Source: Minisyncoccota bacterium (GTDB lineage Bacteria > Patescibacteriota > Minisyncoccia > UBA6257 > GWB1-50-10). From it: DNA of 57,334 nt. Under the pieces are notes generated by a model. That model ran no database searches. It had not been told where the DNA came from and worked only from the letters and a program-made list of their open reading frames with translations. Positions 17,291-26,317 of this stretch are shown in pieces; the stretch's first letter is position 1; each line of letters opens with the position of its first letter. The translations under genes were made by a program, and so were the position numbers. The stretch spans positions 1 to 57,334 of the forward strand of contig JAYRXE010000010.1 of assembly GCA_041917695.1 (NCBI GenBank). Reading direction: 5' to 3'.

Positions 17291-17552
17291 GATGGAAGTC
17301 TCGCGATTCTCGGCTACGACCTCATTTCGGCAATGGCATCGTGGCCCATCCCCTTTTCAGGTCATCTCGAAAACGCCCTAAAGGATGAGTCGAGTCGGAT
17401 TCATTCTCAGACTCGCCATCCACCTGCCCAAAGCCCCACTCACTCTAACTTGTTGCAAAATAATGATTTTAATCGATTGGCCGGCTTCTTGTTCTTCCCT
17501 CTTATTCTACTTCCGATAATATTCAAAGGAAGAAGAACCCTCTATTTCACTC

Positions 17553-18017
17553 TTAAATATTTAAGCGCGGTTCGCCTGAGCACCCCATCCACCAAAAGAC
17601 CAAGGCGACGAACCCGGCGAGGAACAGTAGGCTCGGCAAACTCAGGAAAAGTAACTCGCGGGAGCCGAAGGACTTCTCGTTCCAAGGATCTACAGTCCAG
17701 GTAATTGCCGTCAATAAAGCTGCCCCGAGGAGACCCGAAACGACCAGTTCAATTGCGAACATCACGAATAAGTTTCCCCCGCAGAAATTGAAGCAGAGAA
17801 CACTCGTCAGGATAGGGGTGAACGCCAGAATCGTCGTTCCGATCCTGGCCAACGTCCTATTCAAAGTTTGAGATCGGGTACTCCTTGTTCTTACCCAGAA
17901 CCCTGTCCAAAGGAGTGCGATTCCCAGGATCATTCCGATCATCAATTTGTGCGAAAAGAAGGGGGGTAGCGTTGACGGTCCTTTGAGAAGACCATCGGGA
18001 AGAAGCGCTTCGAACAT
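17553..18017 (-). CDS. integral membrane protein (154 aa)
   Basis: ORF track. Four to five hydrophobic helices. Starts 9 nt after the stop of the giant gene. Confidence 0.6.
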   Translation of the reverse strand: MFEALLPDGLLKGPSTLPPFFSHKLMIGMILGIALLWTGFWVRTRSTRSQTLNRTLARIGTTILAFTPILTSVLCFNFCGGNLFVMFAIELVVSGLLGAALLTAITWTVDPWNEKSFGSRELLFLSLPSLLFLAGFVALVFWWMGCSGEPRLNI

Positions 18018-18026
18018 GATGTCTCC

Positions 18027-21000
18027 TTACATAACCATCGCGTATTGCTCAACGGAGGTATTCCTGCTTCTCTCCGTTTGAACAGCCGGCTGAACGAACC
18101 CTTTCTCCACCATGAAGGCTCTGAGATTTTCGGCTTCGCTCCGGGTCATTTCCCCATTCGGGTCACCCATAACCAGGTTGTCCCGAGCAATGCGGTCGAG
18201 GGTTTTCACATAGGGCGTCAGCATCGAGGGATCGGTATGCCTCATCCCGTGAGAAACTCTCATCATCAAATCGGCATCGATTCCCTGATCCATCAATGCT
18301 GTCACGAATCCTGCATCCTGTTTTGTGAACCCGGTCATACGGGTGACCGAAACATCGACCTTTTGATTCGAACGATAGGCGACGCTGGCTCCGCATGCTT
18401 CGATCAGTTCGATTACCCCTTCGATCTTCTGCTCGTTCTGGAGCCTGTTCATCTCGTTGAACACGACAGTTTCCGTCAACGCGGTTCGACCGGATTCTCT
18501 CGCGGCTCGGCTACTCATGGCCTGGGCGTAGACGGCCTCGGTCAAGACCATGCCATTCAATTTTGCAATCGTTTCGGGGTTGATCGCCGTCTGGGCAAAC
18601 TGTTCAAGTTCGTTCGCTTTATATTTGCCCGGGTTGATTCCTTTGCCGATTTCAATAACCGACATCAACAACGCTTCCCGGTAATGGCGAGGGGATTCGA
18701 GCAAAGCGGTCAATGCCCGGTCGAAGTCGGCCAGGCGCGCGGCCTGATCATCGACCATGACAGGTAGAACCACCTGAACCGGCTTTGGTTCGGTTGCCCT
18801 GATTTCAGGAATTGGCGCACTGGCATGGAAAGGCCTATCCGGCACCGTCGAGGAAGCAGCCATCGGAGTCGATCCGCCGAGATTGCCCGCTGCCCCCCCA
18901 AGTGGGCCTCCACTCTCACTTCCGGGTGTTCCCGACGTTCCACCGCCATCCGGATCGATATCAACGCGCGGAAGAGGGCCTGCACCCTGTTCAGGTTCCT
19001 CGACTTTTCTTCGATTTTCCAGAGCAGTTGCAGCCGTAGATCTGACCTCTTCATCCCCATCGAAAACGGCCATTCTCAGGATGTTCTCGGACATCGGATT
19101 CCGGGGCGAGGCGGCAAAGACCTCAACAACCTTCTGGCGGACGGCCGGGTCCTCGTCGCTGAAGCTTCCGAACAGTTTTTTCCCGGTTTCTTCAACTCCG
19201 ATTCGAGGCCCAAGCAGCTCGACTGCGACGGTTCGCATTTCGGCGTTCCCTGCGTCAAGGTTCCGAAGCAGGAATTTTTCCGCCCAATCGGCAACCGCTT
19301 CATTTTCGGTATCGAAAACACCAAACAAAGCTTCCTTCACTTCTGCCGGGACGGGTTCGTTACCCAAAACCGCTTTTCTCGTTTCCAATTGAACCGAGGG
19401 ATGCTCGTCCGAGAAGCAAACCACCAGTTTTTCTCGGTTTTCAGGATTTTTTGCCAGCTCCTTGAGGGTATAAACAGAAGCCTCTCGAACCTCGGTTGCC
19501 TCCGCTTTCAGCCCTTCAATCACCAGGCGTTTAACTTCCAAGTCTTGTTCCGCAACCGAGGACAGCGAGAAAATTGCGAGACTTCTCGGTTCACTTTCCA
19601 CCCCATCCCCAGCCAAGGCGTAAACTCTCTTCAAAATCTCCTGGTCTTCATTCAATCCATCAAAGACCTTCAACAATACAGCCTTCTGAACTTTCGGATC
19701 TTCTTCAGGCGACATCGCTTCCAATATCGCAGCTCGGACATCACTCTTGTCGAAATGCGGCCACAACTGATCCAACGCCTTGGTTCGAGCCCAGGGATCG
19801 AACTCCCTGTCTGAGAATTTTCTCAGGTTTTCAACAACCTCCGTCGGGATATCCGAGCCCTTACGCGCCTCGACCCCGACTCGGTCTCCGAGAAGATCCA
19901 TCGCAACACCGCGCATTTCGGCGCCACTACCTTTGAGGAGTTGCTGAAGGTAATTCTCGGCCCACCCGCTAACGATTTCGCTCTTATCGTCGAACACTCC
20001 CGCCAAGGCTTCCCTTACCTCTTCAGCGGTCGAGCTTGCCGCCAAGAGTGCTTTTCTCGCCTCTACCCGGACAAAAGGACTTTCATCCGAAATGCAGTCC
20101 TTGAGGCTTTCGCGAACGCCTTCGTTTCTTTCCAGTCCGTTCAATGAATACGCGGAAACGACTCGTACGATTTCCTCTTCGGCCTTTAACCCCGCGGTGA
20201 CCAGCGCTTTCGCCTTCTCGTCATTTTCAACGAGCGAGAGGAGATAAATTCCGAAACTTCTGGTTTTTTCATCAGAGGCCTCGCCGGCCAGCGAGTAGAT
20301 CTCGTCCAAAACGCCGGGATAATTCTCAAGTCCTTCCAGAAACGCCGTTCGATTTTCTTCCTTTCCAAAATTGACCAACAACTGACCCAGGGCTTCCGAT
20401 CTTTCCTCCGGATTGAGCGTGCGGTCCGAAAATCTTTCCAAGTTGTTCCGAAGCAGTTCTTGCTCGGCTTCGGGAATGCCCTGTCGATCCTCACTTCGTT
20501 CCTGCGTTTCCATCTGCCGGGCCTCGGTTTCCTTCACCGCGCTTCCCGTTTCGACAGCCATCGCCGTTTTCCGAACCCCTTCATCCTTATCCGAAAGGGC
20601 CATTCTCATTACACTCCGAGTCAATGGGTTTTCGGGCGAAGCCGCAAACGCTTCCACGACCTTTTCGCGAACTGATGGCTCACCATCGGTGTAAGACAAA
20701 AAGATTTTTTTCGCGATTTCCTCGTCTCCAAGCCGGGGCCCGAGAAGTTCCACCCCCGCGGCGCGCATTTCAGGGCGAGGGTCTTCGATTCTTTGTTGAA
20801 GGTACTTCTCCGCCCATTGGAGAATTTTTTCATCTTCATCCTGGAAAACGCCCTCAAAAGCCTCTTTCACGGCTTCCGAATTCGGGTTGATCCCCAAAAC
20901 CGCTTTTCTCGCATCCAGCCTGACGACGCCGCTTTCATCCGAAAACAGAGCTTTCAGTTTCGTTCGAATTTCAGCTTCCCCGGCCAACTTGGTGAGCACA

Positions 21001-22916
21001 TTGACGGAAGTCTCTCGAACGTTCGCCTCGTTCGCATTCAATCCCTCAACCGCCAATCGTCGAACCTCTTCGTACCTTTCGACGAAGTCGGAAAGGGAAT
21101 AAAGCGCCAGAGTCCGCGTATCGGGACTCACGCCGACGCCGGCCAAGGGATAGATCCTTGTCAAGATCTCTTCGTCACTGCCCAAAGACTCCCAGACTTT
21201 TACCAGGACCTCTTTCTGGATTTGCGGGTCTTCATCAGGAGACAACCCAGCCAACACCGCACTGCGAACTTCACTCTTTTCGAAATTCCTCCACAAAATG
21301 TCCAATGCCTGAGATCTTTCCCAAGAATCGATCTTCCTGTCCGAGAACAATTCCAAGGCTTCCCCTAACTCCTGGGAGATCCCCGTATCCCTTCCGGTTT
21401 CTTCCACCTGTTCCTCGGACACAGGCACGCCTTCGCCCTTGGTCCCGTCCGATCCCAAAGGCACCCCGAATTCGTCCAATAGCTGGTCATTCGTAGGTGG
21501 CGGATTCGGTGACGTCAGAAAGAGGCAGTTCTCGAAAATCCGTTCGGTCGGTTCAAAGTCCGGACTGAATTCCATCGACCTGAATTGGCAGTCCCTGAAA
21601 AGCGCGCCTTCAAATGAAGCTCCCTTGAAGCTGCCGCTCGCGAACGTGGCGTTTCGAATCTCGAAGTTTTCCAGTCTCACCCCGGTGAGGTTGGAAAAAC
21701 TCACCGTGCCTTGTTCCATGCTCGCGTTCAAAAAGTCCGCATCGGTAAAGTCCGATTCATAGATCAGCGAGTTCGAAAATACTGACGACTCCAGGTTGGC
21801 TCCCCGGAACAACCCTTTCATGTTGGCCCCGCTGAAGGTCCCGCGTGAGAGATTCGAGCCGCTGAAATCGACACCGAAAAAGGAGGTGTCGATCCATTTC
21901 GAACTCATCAGGTTCGAATCATTCAGTCTCACGTTTCTGAGGGTCGCGCCTTTCAGGTTTGCGCCGTTGAGTCTCGCACCGGTTCCGGATACGTCCTTGA
22001 AGGTCGTTTTCGAAAGGTCCGCCAAGGAGAAGTCCGCTTTCGAAATATCCTGGTTCTCGATTTTCAGACCGGACAGATTCATCCGGGAGAACTCGCCTCG
22101 ACGACCTCCTTCACCATCGGAATCCAGCCAGTCCATGTGGGCGTTCAACATCCGGTCGAACCCGGACTGGGTCGGACCGATAAGGCTGGACAGCCTCCGT
22201 TCTTCGGTGTCGGGGTTTGCGACAATAAAAATATCCCGGTAGTCGGCGAGTCTTTCACCGTAACTCCGGGCTTCTTCCGGGGTGAACCCGGCTAACTTCA
22301 ACCTGATTCGAACCGGCAGTTCATCATCCCCTTGATTGAGCATTCCATCGGGTTGCGGCCGGTTATCCGGATTTCCGTATTTCAGAATCGTCCAGCTCGG
22401 GGCCTTTTCGATGAAGGCAACCGACGTAACCGGCTCAAGCCGTCCCGGGTTAAGGATGAAGACTTCCTTTTCCAGACATCCCGGCTCCTGGACGAGTTCC
22501 TGAATGACCCGATCCCGATCCTTATCCGAAACCAGTTTCGTCAGCGTTTTATCCAGTAGTTTCAGATCGCTTATTCCGAAAGGTCGAGGCCTTGCTTCCC
22601 CTACAACGGCTCCACTGAGCGTCAATCCGACCACGAAAAGCTCTTCGTCGAGATCGTCGTGCTGGACGACCTCGACATCTCCGAGACCGAAAAACTCGAT
22701 GGTTGTTTTTTGATACGGGAGCGAAAGTTTGACCGTCCCCTGTTCGGTTTTCCTGAAGTCCTCGCTGAACGCCAGTTGGAGCCGGCCATCGTTCGATCCC
22801 AAATGGGCGGGCTCCGCCAAATTGAGTGCCCTCGCAAGTCGGACAATCGACTCTCCTTGCTCATAGGTAACCAGTTCCGTGGTAGCGGGCATCTCGAAGC
22901 TCCTTCTCTCTGACAC
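18027..22916 (-). CDS. giant (1629 aa) pentapeptide-repeat / HEAT-like repeat protein
   Basis: Residues about 290-470 are pentapeptide repeats (ADFSLADLSKTTFKDVSGTGARLNGANLKGATLRNVRLNDSNL...). Three paralogous helical modules of about 200-290 aa follow, each beginning ...FSDR...W/ERS.ALD.LW.NF. A Gly/Pro linker and a roughly 330-aa unique C-terminal domain complete it. Confidence 0.85.
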   Translation of the reverse strand: MSERRSFEMPATTELVTYEQGESIVRLARALNLAEPAHLGSNDGRLQLAFSEDFRKTEQGTVKLSLPYQKTTIEFFGLGDVEVVQHDDLDEELFVVGLTLSGAVVGEARPRPFGISDLKLLDKTLTKLVSDKDRDRVIQELVQEPGCLEKEVFILNPGRLEPVTSVAFIEKAPSWTILKYGNPDNRPQPDGMLNQGDDELPVRIRLKLAGFTPEEARSYGERLADYRDIFIVANPDTEERRLSSLIGPTQSGFDRMLNAHMDWLDSDGEGGRRGEFSRMNLSGLKIENQDISKADFSLADLSKTTFKDVSGTGARLNGANLKGATLRNVRLNDSNLMSSKWIDTSFFGVDFSGSNLSRGTFSGANMKGLFRGANLESSVFSNSLIYESDFTDADFLNASMEQGTVSFSNLTGVRLENFEIRNATFASGSFKGASFEGALFRDCQFRSMEFSPDFEPTERIFENCLFLTSPNPPPTNDQLLDEFGVPLGSDGTKGEGVPVSEEQVEETGRDTGISQELGEALELFSDRKIDSWERSQALDILWRNFEKSEVRSAVLAGLSPDEDPQIQKEVLVKVWESLGSDEEILTRIYPLAGVGVSPDTRTLALYSLSDFVERYEEVRRLAVEGLNANEANVRETSVNVLTKLAGEAEIRTKLKALFSDESGVVRLDARKAVLGINPNSEAVKEAFEGVFQDEDEKILQWAEKYLQQRIEDPRPEMRAAGVELLGPRLGDEEIAKKIFLSYTDGEPSVREKVVEAFAASPENPLTRSVMRMALSDKDEGVRKTAMAVETGSAVKETEARQMETQERSEDRQGIPEAEQELLRNNLERFSDRTLNPEERSEALGQLLVNFGKEENRTAFLEGLENYPGVLDEIYSLAGEASDEKTRSFGIYLLSLVENDEKAKALVTAGLKAEEEIVRVVSAYSLNGLERNEGVRESLKDCISDESPFVRVEARKALLAASSTAEEVREALAGVFDDKSEIVSGWAENYLQQLLKGSGAEMRGVAMDLLGDRVGVEARKGSDIPTEVVENLRKFSDREFDPWARTKALDQLWPHFDKSDVRAAILEAMSPEEDPKVQKAVLLKVFDGLNEDQEILKRVYALAGDGVESEPRSLAIFSLSSVAEQDLEVKRLVIEGLKAEATEVREASVYTLKELAKNPENREKLVVCFSDEHPSVQLETRKAVLGNEPVPAEVKEALFGVFDTENEAVADWAEKFLLRNLDAGNAEMRTVAVELLGPRIGVEETGKKLFGSFSDEDPAVRQKVVEVFAASPRNPMSENILRMAVFDGDEEVRSTAATALENRRKVEEPEQGAGPLPRVDIDPDGGGTSGTPGSESGGPLGGAAGNLGGSTPMAASSTVPDRPFHASAPIPEIRATEPKPVQVVLPVMVDDQAARLADFDRALTALLESPRHYREALLMSVIEIGKGINPGKYKANELEQFAQTAINPETIAKLNGMVLTEAVYAQAMSSRAARESGRTALTETVVFNEMNRLQNEQKIEGVIELIEACGASVAYRSNQKVDVSVTRMTGFTKQDAGFVTALMDQGIDADLMMRVSHGMRHTDPSMLTPYVKTLDRIARDNLVMGDPNGEMTRSEAENLRAFMVEKGFVQPAVQTERSRNTSVEQYAMVM

Positions 22917-22966
22917 CGCCGGTCGTCAACTTGGACGACCGGTCCAGTCGAAACGCTGCGTTCGCT

Positions 22967-23359
22967 TCACGCCGCCTTCCCCAGGTTGAAGGGCACCGGC
23001 TGCGCGTTCAGATCGTTCGGAAATCCTTCGAACTCAATGCCGTCGAGCAGCTCGGAGATCTCGCTGCCCAGATCGATCACGGAGTGTTCTTCGCCGCTGG
23101 TTTTGAGATTGTCGGAGAAGAACGCCCCGAATTCGATTTCGAGGTTCTTTCCGTACTGTTCGTCGCGAACGACGCTTCCCGGGCTGACTTCCTGAATCAC
23201 GCTCGATTCGTGAACGATCACCGAGCGGCCACCCGTGGTGATCATCTGGTAGCGTCTGCCCACGCTTCCAGGAATGTCCGGAATGGCGACGATGCGTCCC
23301 TGCCCGTAGATGGTCGTGTTGACGATGGCCCCGATTTGGAATTGCTTCTTTTCGCTCAT
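22967..23359 (-). CDS. hypothetical protein (130 aa), first gene of the minus-strand operon
   Basis: ORF track. AAGGAG upstream of the ATG. Lies about 40 nt downstream of the predicted minus-strand sigma54 start site. Confidence 0.65.
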   Translation of the reverse strand: MSEKKQFQIGAIVNTTIYGQGRIVAIPDIPGSVGRRYQMITTGGRSVIVHESSVIQEVSPGSVVRDEQYGKNLEIEFGAFFSDNLKTSGEEHSVIDLGSEISELLDGIEFEGFPNDLNAQPVPFNLGKAA

Positions 23360-23410
23360 GGTTTTCTGCTCCTTTGCTTGGCTTTTAAAAGCGGACCTGC
23401 CAGACCTCTT

Positions 23411-23426
23411 GGCGAATTCCGTGCCA
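23411..23426 (-). promoter_or_regulatory. sigma54-type -24/-12 promoter (minus strand)
   Basis: Minus strand reads TGGCACGGAATTCGCC. GG and GC are at the canonical 10-nt spacing. The -12 element is TCGC rather than TTGC. Confidence 0.55.
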
Positions 23427-23502
23427 AAGTTCGATAAGAGCTTCGGAAATCCATAACTCCAACAAAATCAACAAAATGCCTTTTCTTGACGGTTTTTTTA
23501 AT

Positions 23503-23518
23503 TTCCGGAAATCAGGAA
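23503..23518. promoter_or_regulatory. 16-bp palindrome TTCCGGA-AA-TCAGGAA (putative enhancer-binding-protein site)
   Basis: 7-2-7 inverted repeat between the two divergent sigma54 promoters. The same architecture occurs at 26194, 26222, 35495 and 50891. Confidence 0.55.
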
Positions 23519-23642
23519 ACTTAAAAGTGATTCCTAAAATTAAGACTCTTACGGAGTTGTCGTTTTGCTTTCCCCAAATTTCCCGCCCTTGAAAATCAAT
23601 GACTTAGCCCAAAAAAAGAAATGCCCGCGAACGGCATTTCAT

Positions 23643-23658
23643 TGGCACGCATATTGCT
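23643..23658 (+). promoter_or_regulatory. sigma54-type -24/-12 promoter (plus strand)
   Basis: TGGCACGCATATTGCT matches TGGCACG-N4-TTGCW exactly. Confidence 0.65.
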
Positions 23659-23695
23659 TGATTCCGAGTACTTTCTCGGAAAGGGTTTCAACGGC

Positions 23696-25024
23696 ATGCA
23701 TGGAATCGAAGGGTTCGGCGAACAAAGAGGCAGACTGCTTGCGGTCCAAATGGAAGCCGAAGCTGCAACTCAACGCATGATCGATCACGAGAACAATCTC
23801 GGTTTTATCGAGATTGCGCTGGACAACCCGCAAGCTGCCGGGCTCAAGCCTCGCACCGGTCTACACACGGTCACCCTCCATGACCTGGTTTCCGCGCGTA
23901 GCGCGACCGAACGCCTCGTCGAGGAGGTAGAAGTAAATTTCAACTTCGCCGCCTTGAATACCTTCTACGAGATCGCGAGACAAAAGACGGTTCAGGCGGT
24001 CGGTGCTCAGGGTCGAGTACAGGATGTGCAGGCAGTCGTGTCCTACCTTAAAGACCCGGGTGCCGGGTTGAAGCAAACCCTCACGGGTGAAATTCTCAAA
24101 GGAACGGACAGACAGACGGCGGAAACCTTCGACAACGCCCAGAAGGTTCGACAGGGGCTCGGAATACTCAAGCAACTTGCCGCCAAGGACCCGGAAGCCG
24201 CGGCGTTACTCGACCGGTACAAACTTCAGACCTCCCTCGAACAGATGGTCCTCGAAGCGCATTCCCAAACCCTTCAGTCGCTCGCCAAACACGCATCCTC
24301 GGCCGAGATCAAAAGGGACGCACTGGAAGGGATCGTCGCCGATCACACCGCCCAGCTCACCGCATCCGGCACTCCCATTCCTAACGCGGTGTTCTCGGAT
24401 GAGGCGCTGAATGTGGCGCTTCAAAATGCCAGCGGCATTCGCTCTTCGACACTCATCGAGGAGTTCGGTCAAGTCCTTCGACAGACGCCCCTCACTCCGG
24501 AAGCGAAACAGATCGTCGTCAACCGGCTGTACGGCGCGACGGATTTTTTGCATTCAAGGGCCGCACACGAAACTCTTGTTTCAATGCAAACCCAGGACGC
24601 CGTGGACCGGATCGAGCGCGGTCAGATTCCGTCCGATCCCACCCTTTTCAGAACCCTCGTTGAAGTACCCGAAGGTCTCACGATCGAGGGCCGTGAACTT
24701 CAACAGTTCAGGGGGGTCGAAGGCGGACAGAAACAGGTCCAATTCGTTCTCGAACAACTCACTCGTAAGCACGAAGGCGTAAGCGTTGCGGAGATCCAGA
24801 ATGCCGCCCGGTTCGCCGCGGCACACGACACCGCCCAGACCGCGCGGGAAGTCGAAGTCATGACGAACGACCTTTCGCGCGAATGGAAGATCAGTCCGGA
24901 TCGCGCGTTGCTCACCGCGAGCGAGCGCGATTACCTCAAGGCTGTATCAATCGATCCGGCCGTCACCGCACCGGCCCAGGAAGATATCGCTCTTACGGCT
25001 GCTGAAGCCGCACTTACTCTTTGA
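23696..25024 (+). CDS. hypothetical alpha-helical protein (about 443 aa)
   Basis: ORF 23621..25024. The first ATG lies upstream of the sigma54 promoter, so the internal Met MHGIEG (23696) is the more likely start. Confidence 0.65.
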   Translation: MHGIEGFGEQRGRLLAVQMEAEAATQRMIDHENNLGFIEIALDNPQAAGLKPRTGLHTVTLHDLVSARSATERLVEEVEVNFNFAALNTFYEIARQKTVQAVGAQGRVQDVQAVVSYLKDPGAGLKQTLTGEILKGTDRQTAETFDNAQKVRQGLGILKQLAAKDPEAAALLDRYKLQTSLEQMVLEAHSQTLQSLAKHASSAEIKRDALEGIVADHTAQLTASGTPIPNAVFSDEALNVALQNASGIRSSTLIEEFGQVLRQTPLTPEAKQIVVNRLYGATDFLHSRAAHETLVSMQTQDAVDRIERGQIPSDPTLFRTLVEVPEGLTIEGRELQQFRGVEGGQKQVQFVLEQLTRKHEGVSVAEIQNAARFAAAHDTAQTAREVEVMTNDLSREWKISPDRALLTASERDYLKAVSIDPAVTAPAQEDIALTAAEAALTL

Positions 25025-25044
25025 AGGAAGGAACCCGAAATCCC

Positions 25045-25224
25045 ATGACGCATTCGACCATTTACGACGATCCCTATCTCGATGAGCTTCTTCAACAGGA
25101 ACAGGAACCTTCCCTTTCCCCCGAACTCTCCCGCCGGGTCGATGAGCGGCTCAGACAATTTCGCGGCCCCCTCCCCGAAGGGCTGATCGAGGCCGAGGTC
25201 GGCAAGATGGGAATTTTCGATTGA
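25045..25224 (+). CDS. small acidic hypothetical protein (59 aa)
   Basis: ATG at 25045 inside ORF 25021..25224. GAAGGAAGG upstream. Confidence 0.45.
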   Translation: MTHSTIYDDPYLDELLQQEQEPSLSPELSRRVDERLRQFRGPLPEGLIEAEVGKMGIFD

Positions 25225-25245
25225 AAAAAGTTCGGTAGAAAGGTT

Positions 25246-25713
25246 TTGAGGACTGCCATGCAAGCGACATCGACTCAACTGAATCCCGCGGAAGAATGGC
25301 TCCGGCGATGGAAGGAGTTCGCCCTGATGTTTGACGTGATGCTTAAAGCGGAGGGCCAGGGGCGGGTTGCGTTGGGTCGTCAGTGCGCCGCCTATTCCTA
25401 CAGGCTTTTCATCTCGCAAAACTTCACCGACGCGATTCCGGCCGCGCACTTTGGAAAGCTCGCTGCCCCCGATTTACCCGAGGTCCTCATCGTTCATGGG
25501 GCAGCCTGCTACATGCGCCGGTCGTTGAACCCCGATCTCCTCGTCGAAGCCAGGGAATCCTGGCAAGTGGCGGCGGCTTCCGAATCCCCCGTCAAGGTAC
25601 TGGCGGAACAACTTCTTTCCATCATCGATCTGAATGTGGTCGATCCGTTCAAGACGTTCCTCCTGACTCCCGGGATGCCTTTTCCTTCAAACGACTTCAC
25701 CGTTCAGAGCTGA
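25246..25713 (+). CDS. hypothetical protein (about 151-155 aa)
   Basis: ORF track. Alternative ATG at 25258. Confidence 0.55.
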   Translation: MRTAMQATSTQLNPAEEWLRRWKEFALMFDVMLKAEGQGRVALGRQCAAYSYRLFISQNFTDAIPAAHFGKLAAPDLPEVLIVHGAACYMRRSLNPDLLVEARESWQVAAASESPVKVLAEQLLSIIDLNVVDPFKTFLLTPGMPFPSNDFTVQS

Positions 25714-25719
25714 ATCACT

Positions 25720-26166
25720 ATGCCCCACTCCAAAAAGATTTCACCCACCGAACGCCACCAATTCGCTCAGGTCCTCAACCGTGTCCGTCACGCAGGGCAA
25801 TTAGCCAGTAATGACATGGTTGTCGGCCGTTCCTCCGAAGTCCCTTTTGGGAAGATCGGATCAACGGCTTTCGAGCAGGCGCAAATCGCCAGGGACCTTT
25901 CCTGTTGGTGCATGCACGTCGAAGCACTTCAGGCACTCGCCCTCGCGTTCCATCTGCTTGACCATCCCAAGGACCAGCACCTGCGACAACTTGCCGATCT
26001 TCCCGAGTTGAACCGAATCCTTACGGAAGCGGCCGAGGAAGTCGCCGTCTATTCAACGGCCCACTTCATCTGTCACCGGGCGGATCTCCTTCAATCAGGC
26101 GTGAAGAAATTTTCGGACGAGGCCATCCTTTTGGCCACCCGCTTTTCAGTCCCCTGCCCGATCTGA
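25720..26166 (+). CDS. hypothetical protein (148 aa)
   Basis: ORF track. Tightly spaced after the previous gene. Confidence 0.55.
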   Translation: MPHSKKISPTERHQFAQVLNRVRHAGQLASNDMVVGRSSEVPFGKIGSTAFEQAQIARDLSCWCMHVEALQALALAFHLLDHPKDQHLRQLADLPELNRILTEAAEEVAVYSTAHFICHRADLLQSGVKKFSDEAILLATRFSVPCPI

Positions 26167-26193
26167 GTTTTCAAAGAAACGCTCGATCTAAAT

Positions 26194-26237
26194 TTCCTGA
26201 TTTTAGGAATCTCCTCTGGTATTCCTGAATTCAGGAT
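26194..26237. promoter_or_regulatory. two copies of the 16-bp palindrome (TTCCTGA-TT-TTAGGAA and TTCCTGA-AT-TCAGGAT)
   Basis: 26194-26209 and 26222-26237, centred 92 and 64 nt upstream of the sigma54 -24 element at 26293. Confidence 0.55.
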
Positions 26238-26292
26238 TTTGTCGTTTAGGGGCAAACTATTGGATTGTAAAGACTTGTGAACATTCTTTATT

Positions 26293-26308
26293 TGGCACGA
26301 CGTTTGCT
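26293..26308 (+). promoter_or_regulatory. sigma54-type -24/-12 promoter upstream of the helicase gene
   Basis: TGGCACGACGTTTGCT matches TGGCACG-N4-TTGCW exactly. Confidence 0.65.
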
Positions 26309-26317
26309 TTTTCAATC

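Noticed and set aside
16922-17704. 260-aa plus-strand ORF (and 17058..17381) running through the 138-bp tandem repeats.
   Set aside because: The ORF exists only because the repeat lacks stops. The sequence is internally duplicated and low in complexity. The region is better explained as parS/iteron DNA.
23621-23695. First ATG of ORF 23621..25024 as the start codon.
   Set aside because: It lies upstream of the predicted sigma54 -24/-12 element at 23643-23658, so it would not be on the mRNA if that promoter is used. Kept as an alternative only.
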